A stretch of DNA of 11,953 nucleotides, taken from assembly GCA_964610875.1 (NCBI GenBank), contig CAZSWP010000068.1, positions 1 through 11,953 of the forward strand, written 5' to 3'. Every line of letters starts with the position of its first letter. Position 1 is the first letter of the stretch. Below, in pieces: positions 7,883 to 11,953 of the stretch. The stretch is from an uncultured archaeon. GTDB taxonomy: Archaea; Asgardarchaeota; Thorarchaeia; Thorarchaeales; Thorarchaeaceae. Made by a program: the position numbers and the translations under genes. The notes beneath the pieces were generated by a model, which saw nothing but the letters and a program-made list of their open reading frames with translations, made no database searches and was not told the DNA's origin.

Positions 7883-10800
7883 TTAGTTTTGAATTAAATC
7901 CGGGATTCCAACCCAATGATATCCCCAAAAATCCGATACAGCTTTTTCAGCATCTTTTAGAGTAATTTTATGTTCACCAGTTTCAGCATCTAATTGGAAT
8001 CTCCAATACGAAAAACTCACAAAATCCGTATTTAGTTTAGATATACATTCCAGAAGCATAGATACTGCGTGATGGTTACGCGAGCCGCATATTGGTGTCC
8101 AGTAAACCAGAGACGCAAGTAAGATTTCTGAAGAATTTTTATAATCACTCTTTTTGAAGTATACAATTCCTAATTCTCTTAATACAAAGGATAATACGGT
8201 TCTTAGATAATCAATCACTAAAGCCTGTCTAGATAAATCCGATTCAAGGACGTTTTCTAAAAATTCAAATCCCAACTCCTTGGCAGTGCTATATTCTCCC
8301 TTCTTTCTATTGTAAATAATTCTCCTCAGTAAATCGAACCATAAAGTCAAATTCATGTCGTCATCAATTTGGTAGAAGTTTTTTGTAGTCAAACGTAGTT
8401 TCTCTGACTCCTCCAATCGCTCTAGTGTTGAATTCTCAAAAAGATGGTAGTAATACGAAACCGAAGATCCAGATAAACTCCAAGCCCCAATAGGAAGCTG
8501 GAGTTGGATAATTTGTGCAACCAATGTATCAGCTTCAGATAATTTGCCTTCTCTGAGATACACAACCGGTTCAAATCCTATGACTTGATTGATTACTGTG
8601 TTATGTCGTGTTTCGACTAAGGACTGTTTTGCAAATTTGAAATGAATTCTTGCATCTCTATAATTTTCTTCGTTAAATTCACACAAGCCTAGTTCGATAT
8701 ATGACCATGCCTTTGATTTTGCTAATTCTAGAGGAGTGGTGTGATGAATTGAGGGGGGATCTATTTCATATTCTAGTAGTAGATTTTCTGCTTTTTGAGC
8801 TGCAGTTTTTGCAGATTGAATTTCTCCGCAATACAACATTGCCATTGCTTCCTGATTTCTAACTATTGCCTCAAGAGGGCGGGAATCGAGAGTTTCGATT
8901 TTCTTAGTTATTTCAATGGCTGATTGCACTGATTGATAGATTTCTTTACAGAATACGGGAGATAAATGTCTGAGAAGTTGAATCCTATCACAAAGTAACC
9001 TATCCTGTGATGTAATATGTTGCACCATTGATGCTAGGGCAATTCCTTCATCATATAGATCTAGAGCTTCTTTAAAATCACCAAGTTGCATTCTCTTACG
9101 TGCAATAGCTGCGAGAAGCGCTAAGTAGGATGCATTGAACTCATCTTGTGGCAGAATAGATTTTCTTTTCCACAAATTTCTAAACATATCAAAAAGCGGT
9201 AACACAATTTTTTCAAGATCAGAAAAAAGCTCGTGATTTACTACCGTTGCCAGATTGGCAAGAGTTCTACTCAAGAAAAGTGGAGTAATATTGTTCTTAA
9301 CTAAATCAATATGGGAAATGTCACGTAGGAAATCATAATGCGATTCTACAATCTTTCCTGTTTCAACCCGTGGGCTGCCAATAAATGCCACATAATGCAT
9401 TAGCTCTAACTTTTCTCTTTCACTTGCATGGAGTAATACCTTATCAAAAAATGCTTCAGTAATTTTCTCACATTGCAAGCGAATTTTTGATATTGCATTC
9501 ATTAAAGTTATAGCCCATTCCCATTCAAATTTTGAAATTATATTTTCTCGATACAAACCAATGATAATACTCTGATATAGTTCGGGTTCTTTTGCCAAAT
9601 CCAACATCTTTCGAACACCAAAATTCAGAAGTAATCGCGGATAGTCAGGTAAACTAACAGGTTCTAAGAAGGATTTATAGTATCTAGGGCGATTTTGCGA
9701 ATTTGTGATATCTTTTGCTAGTTGAGTGATGAATATATCATGTTTGGAATGAATTTCTCCACCAAGTTCCCATAGAATAACAAGTGCAGCAAGTTCCGAA
9801 TCCATTGTTGTATGTTTGGTTGAGTCAACTCGAAAGACATCAAACAAAATTCGCGGAGTTTTGAATAAGGAATAGAGGACGGGATTCAATAAATGAATTG
9901 GACCTCTGTTTAAGTGCTCCCATTGCATTGAGAGAAATGCAATCGCTTCAGGAGCATTGTTTAATGATTTGATTTTTTGGAGTAAGCGTTCATAATCTTC
10001 AGGTGATAAATTCGGGAAATTATCCTTGAGAAGCTTAGTTACATCTGAGCCAGTCAAGCGAGGTATTCTAACAATGTCATAGTGGAATTTCGTAGTCTTA
10101 CATTCTACTCTAGCTAATCTCTCAGTAAAAATGAACTCATATTCTTGGGATAATGTCATGATAATTTGAAATCCCTCCTCTTGCATCTCATTCAGATACC
10201 TCAAAGAACTCTGATTCAGTTTATGCACATCATCAACGAGGACTATTGAGTTCCTTGGAATTCTAGTGGAAGGAGTCCCGCCACGATATAAAGCGACAGG
10301 GATCTCTCTTTTCCCAAACTTCTCCGCAATTTGAAGCAAAGCGCCTGTTTTACCCCAACCAGCAGGTGCAGTAATCATGACCACTTTGACCTCGTTGTGA
10401 ATGAGTTTTGAAACAATGTCTTGAATCAAACTATCTCTGAGTGTAAGTAAGGTGATTTCTTTCCTAACCAAATATCCATCTGGCGTTTCTGGTACTAACC
10501 AATACCATAAGGGTCCATGAGCTATTCTCTCCACCAGCATTTTCATACTACATAATTCAATTCCTGCTGACTGGTCATAGGGTACAATTTCTTGTTCATT
10601 TTCAGAGAATCGGAGCATAATCTCCCTGTAATGTGCAAGAATGCGCAATATTCTATCTTGTGTTGCATCAAAATCTGTACCATTAATCTCTGATATTTTT
10701 TCTATGGACAAGCTCTGGTTTGCTTCACCCATAGCATAAAGTAGTGTTTCGAGGGGTATCTTCTTCACAACTGTTTCAAGTTCATTGGGGTGGGATATTA

Positions 10801-11503
10801 AAGACTCTACTAACCACCATCTCTCAATTATATCAATAAGAGCAGTAGCAAACTGAGTTGGTTCACCACTATCTGTGAGTATATTCAGCTTGATGAGTGT
10901 GTCTCGTTTTATATGTTCAGCAACATCAGCATCACGATTGATAATTTCATCAAGGAGTCCACTTGGAAAATAGAAATCAACAGCAGAGTCTTCTTCCCTA
11001 AGATGTTCCAAAACAAGTTGTTGAATATTGTCTGTGACGGATTTTGCTTTGAATGGTTCCCGCTTTTTTACTGATTTGCTGTAACGCGTCTTCTTAGTCC
11101 AAGATTTATCAAAAGCTCTAACTAATATCGCTATCTCCAGAATCGTTCGACTTATTCTGCCTGTTTCATCTAGATTAAATCCTGGTCTGGCTACCCAAAG
11201 AAGCGACTCTGCTTGGCTACGTTGCTTTGTACTCTCTTCTAGGAACTGTAGTTTGCGATCAACATTTAGCGCCCATCCAATAACATCGTAATCATCAATC
11301 CTAAATTCTTCCATGCCGTTATTTGAAAAATGGACATTTACATCATCGATTATGGAAATCTCCTCTCCAGTAAGGAAGTACCGTAAGTCCCTTATCGCTA
11401 TCATATCTGATTGAATCTGGTCAATAATCGAATGTTCAATATCCAGAATTACAAATTTCCCATATTTCACCCTACATTCCACCTTATTTAGAAGCATTTT
11501 CAT
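7883..11503 (-). CDS. Large STAND-class (MalT/NLR-like) P-loop NTPase with TPR-like C-terminal helical repeats and uncharacterised N-terminal region, ~1200 aa
   Basis: LRDSLI preceding Walker A ITAPAGWGKT (residues 379-386, nt 10346-10369); Walker B IVLVDDVH (from residue 420); GxP-like NNAPEAI; TPR-like helices LGDFKEALDLYDEGIALA, CGEIQSAKTAAQKAENLL, ELGLCEFNEENYRDARIHFKFA, ELGIVYFKKSDYKNSSEILLASL. Alternative start GTG 11470 has AGGTGG (11479-11484) 8 nt upstream. Confidence 0.75.
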   Translation of the reverse strand: MKMLLNKVECRVKYGKFVILDIEHSIIDQIQSDMIAIRDLRYFLTGEEISIIDDVNVHFSNNGMEEFRIDDYDVIGWALNVDRKLQFLEESTKQRSQAESLLWVARPGFNLDETGRISRTILEIAILVRAFDKSWTKKTRYSKSVKKREPFKAKSVTDNIQQLVLEHLREEDSAVDFYFPSGLLDEIINRDADVAEHIKRDTLIKLNILTDSGEPTQFATALIDIIERWWLVESLISHPNELETVVKKIPLETLLYAMGEANQSLSIEKISEINGTDFDATQDRILRILAHYREIMLRFSENEQEIVPYDQSAGIELCSMKMLVERIAHGPLWYWLVPETPDGYLVRKEITLLTLRDSLIQDIVSKLIHNEVKVVMITAPAGWGKTGALLQIAEKFGKREIPVALYRGGTPSTRIPRNSIVLVDDVHKLNQSSLRYLNEMQEEGFQIIMTLSQEYEFIFTERLARVECKTTKFHYDIVRIPRLTGSDVTKLLKDNFPNLSPEDYERLLQKIKSLNNAPEAIAFLSMQWEHLNRGPIHLLNPVLYSLFKTPRILFDVFRVDSTKHTTMDSELAALVILWELGGEIHSKHDIFITQLAKDITNSQNRPRYYKSFLEPVSLPDYPRLLLNFGVRKMLDLAKEPELYQSIIIGLYRENIISKFEWEWAITLMNAISKIRLQCEKITEAFFDKVLLHASEREKLELMHYVAFIGSPRVETGKIVESHYDFLRDISHIDLVKNNITPLFLSRTLANLATVVNHELFSDLEKIVLPLFDMFRNLWKRKSILPQDEFNASYLALLAAIARKRMQLGDFKEALDLYDEGIALASMVQHITSQDRLLCDRIQLLRHLSPVFCKEIYQSVQSAIEITKKIETLDSRPLEAIVRNQEAMAMLYCGEIQSAKTAAQKAENLLLEYEIDPPSIHHTTPLELAKSKAWSYIELGLCEFNEENYRDARIHFKFAKQSLVETRHNTVINQVIGFEPVVYLREGKLSEADTLVAQIIQLQLPIGAWSLSGSSVSYYYHLFENSTLERLEESEKLRLTTKNFYQIDDDMNLTLWFDLLRRIIYNRKKGEYSTAKELGFEFLENVLESDLSRQALVIDYLRTVLSFVLRELGIVYFKKSDYKNSSEILLASLVYWTPICGSRNHHAVSMLLECISKLNTDFVSFSYWRFQLDAETGEHKITLKDAEKAVSDFWGYHWVGIPDLIQN

Positions 11504-11507
11504 GGAT

Positions 11508-11533
11508 AAAAAAGATAGGGGCGTTTGCCCCTA
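11508..11533 (-). terminator. Hairpin plus T-tract (intrinsic-terminator-like) after the small basic ORF
   Basis: Minus strand reads TAGGGGC-AAAC-GCCCCTA-TC-TTTTTT: a perfect 7-bp GC-rich stem (11516-11533) followed by T6 (11508-11513), 8 nt after the stop at 11542. Confidence 0.65.
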
Positions 11534-11541
11534 CTATCAGA

Positions 11542-11667
11542 CTATTTGCTTTTCTCACTTTTTGCCGCACTTTTCATAGCACGTGCTTTGAAACCTTGAT
11601 TCTTACCGGTCTTGTCTGCATGTGATTGAATCCTGCGAGTAGCCTTGGAAGTCATTTTCTTACCCAT
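11542..11667 (-). CDS. Small basic hydrophilic protein, 41 aa (MGKKMTSKATRRIQSHADKTGKNQGFKARAMKSAAKSEKSK)
   Basis: Hand-translated ATG 11667 to TAG 11542; strong SD GAGGTGA at 11673-11679; terminator-like hairpin downstream. The MT-x3-RIQS...GFxARA-x-SAA pattern resembles, from memory only, a widespread family of tiny uncharacterised proteins. Confidence 0.8.
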   Translation of the reverse strand: MGKKMTSKATRRIQSHADKTGKNQGFKARAMKSAAKSEKSK

Positions 11668-11672
11668 GTCTT

Positions 11673-11679
11673 TCACCTC
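11673..11679 (-). promoter_or_regulatory. Shine-Dalgarno site of the small ORF
   Basis: GAGGTGA lies 5 nt upstream of ATG 11667. Confidence 0.75.
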
Positions 11680-11693
11680 ATAGTATGTTATAC

Positions 11694-11724
11694 TTCGGTG
11701 AATGCAATAGCTTTATTCACCGAA
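11694..11724. repeat. Perfect 10-bp inverted repeat (operator or RNA hairpin) in the divergent intergenic region
   Basis: TTCGGTGAAT (11694-11703), 11-nt spacer, ATTCACCGAA (11715-11724). Confidence 0.7.
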
Positions 11725-11806
11725 AAATAGGAAAACTAGTGACGCCATATATCATGAAATCAAACATAAGTGGGAAGAGTACGTATATTGTATAGGTGGG
11801 AATCGC

Positions 11807-11953
11807 GTGAGTTCAAAGTACTTCTGGACTGAACAGACAAATATCAATCCTGAAACTCGAGAGATGCTTGAAAGGGTATACGACTGTGCTAAAAATAGAA
11901 AGCGTAATAGCGAAGGCCAAATTAAACCAAAGAAACTGGTTCTCAATTGCTTG
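11807..11953 (+). CDS. 5' part of a divergent plus-strand CDS, product unknown (partial)
   Basis: GTG 11807 has AGGTGGG (11794-11800) 6 nt upstream; the frame is open to the window end (MSSKYFWTEQTNINPETREMLERVYDCAKNRKRNSEGQIKPKKLVLNCL...). Confidence 0.55.
   Translation, partial: MSSKYFWTEQTNINPETREMLERVYDCAKNRKRNSEGQIKPKKLVLNCL

Noticed and set aside
11542-11724. Type I toxin-antitoxin interpretation of the small ORF with a sequestered SD
   Set aside because: The peptide lacks the hydrophobic transmembrane helix typical of type I toxins, and no antisense RNA is evident.
11752-11946. 64-aa minus-strand ORF from the track
   Set aside because: No motif, and it overlaps a plus-strand frame with a better SD-GTG start at 11807.
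1-11953. CRISPR arrays, tRNA/rRNA genes, transposases or integrases
   Set aside because: By eye there are no spaced direct repeats, cloverleaf signatures or recombinase motifs, and the intergenic gaps are short.

Overview
AT-rich window that looks archaeal (GAGGTGA/GGAGGTGG-type Shine-Dalgarno sites plus the NurA/HerA/Mre11/Rad50 gene set; the lineage cannot be fixed from sequence alone). All seven complete genes are on the minus strand. In transcription order they are: a 41-aa basic protein missing from the ORF track (strong RBS, structured leader, terminator-like hairpin); a ~1200-aa STAND-type P-loop NTPase with TPR-like C-terminus and an unrecognised N-terminal third; a 156-bp intergenic region rich in inverted repeats; and a tightly coupled five-gene operon nurA-herA-mre11-rad50-JAB/MPN+ (JAMM) metalloprotease. 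The most notable features are the JAMM isopeptidase-like gene coupled to the double-strand-break resection operon, the adjacent NLR-like STAND protein, and a non-canonical Walker A (GKG) in HerA. Possible partial plus-strand CDSs lie at both window edges. No RNA genes, CRISPR arrays or mobile elements were seen.
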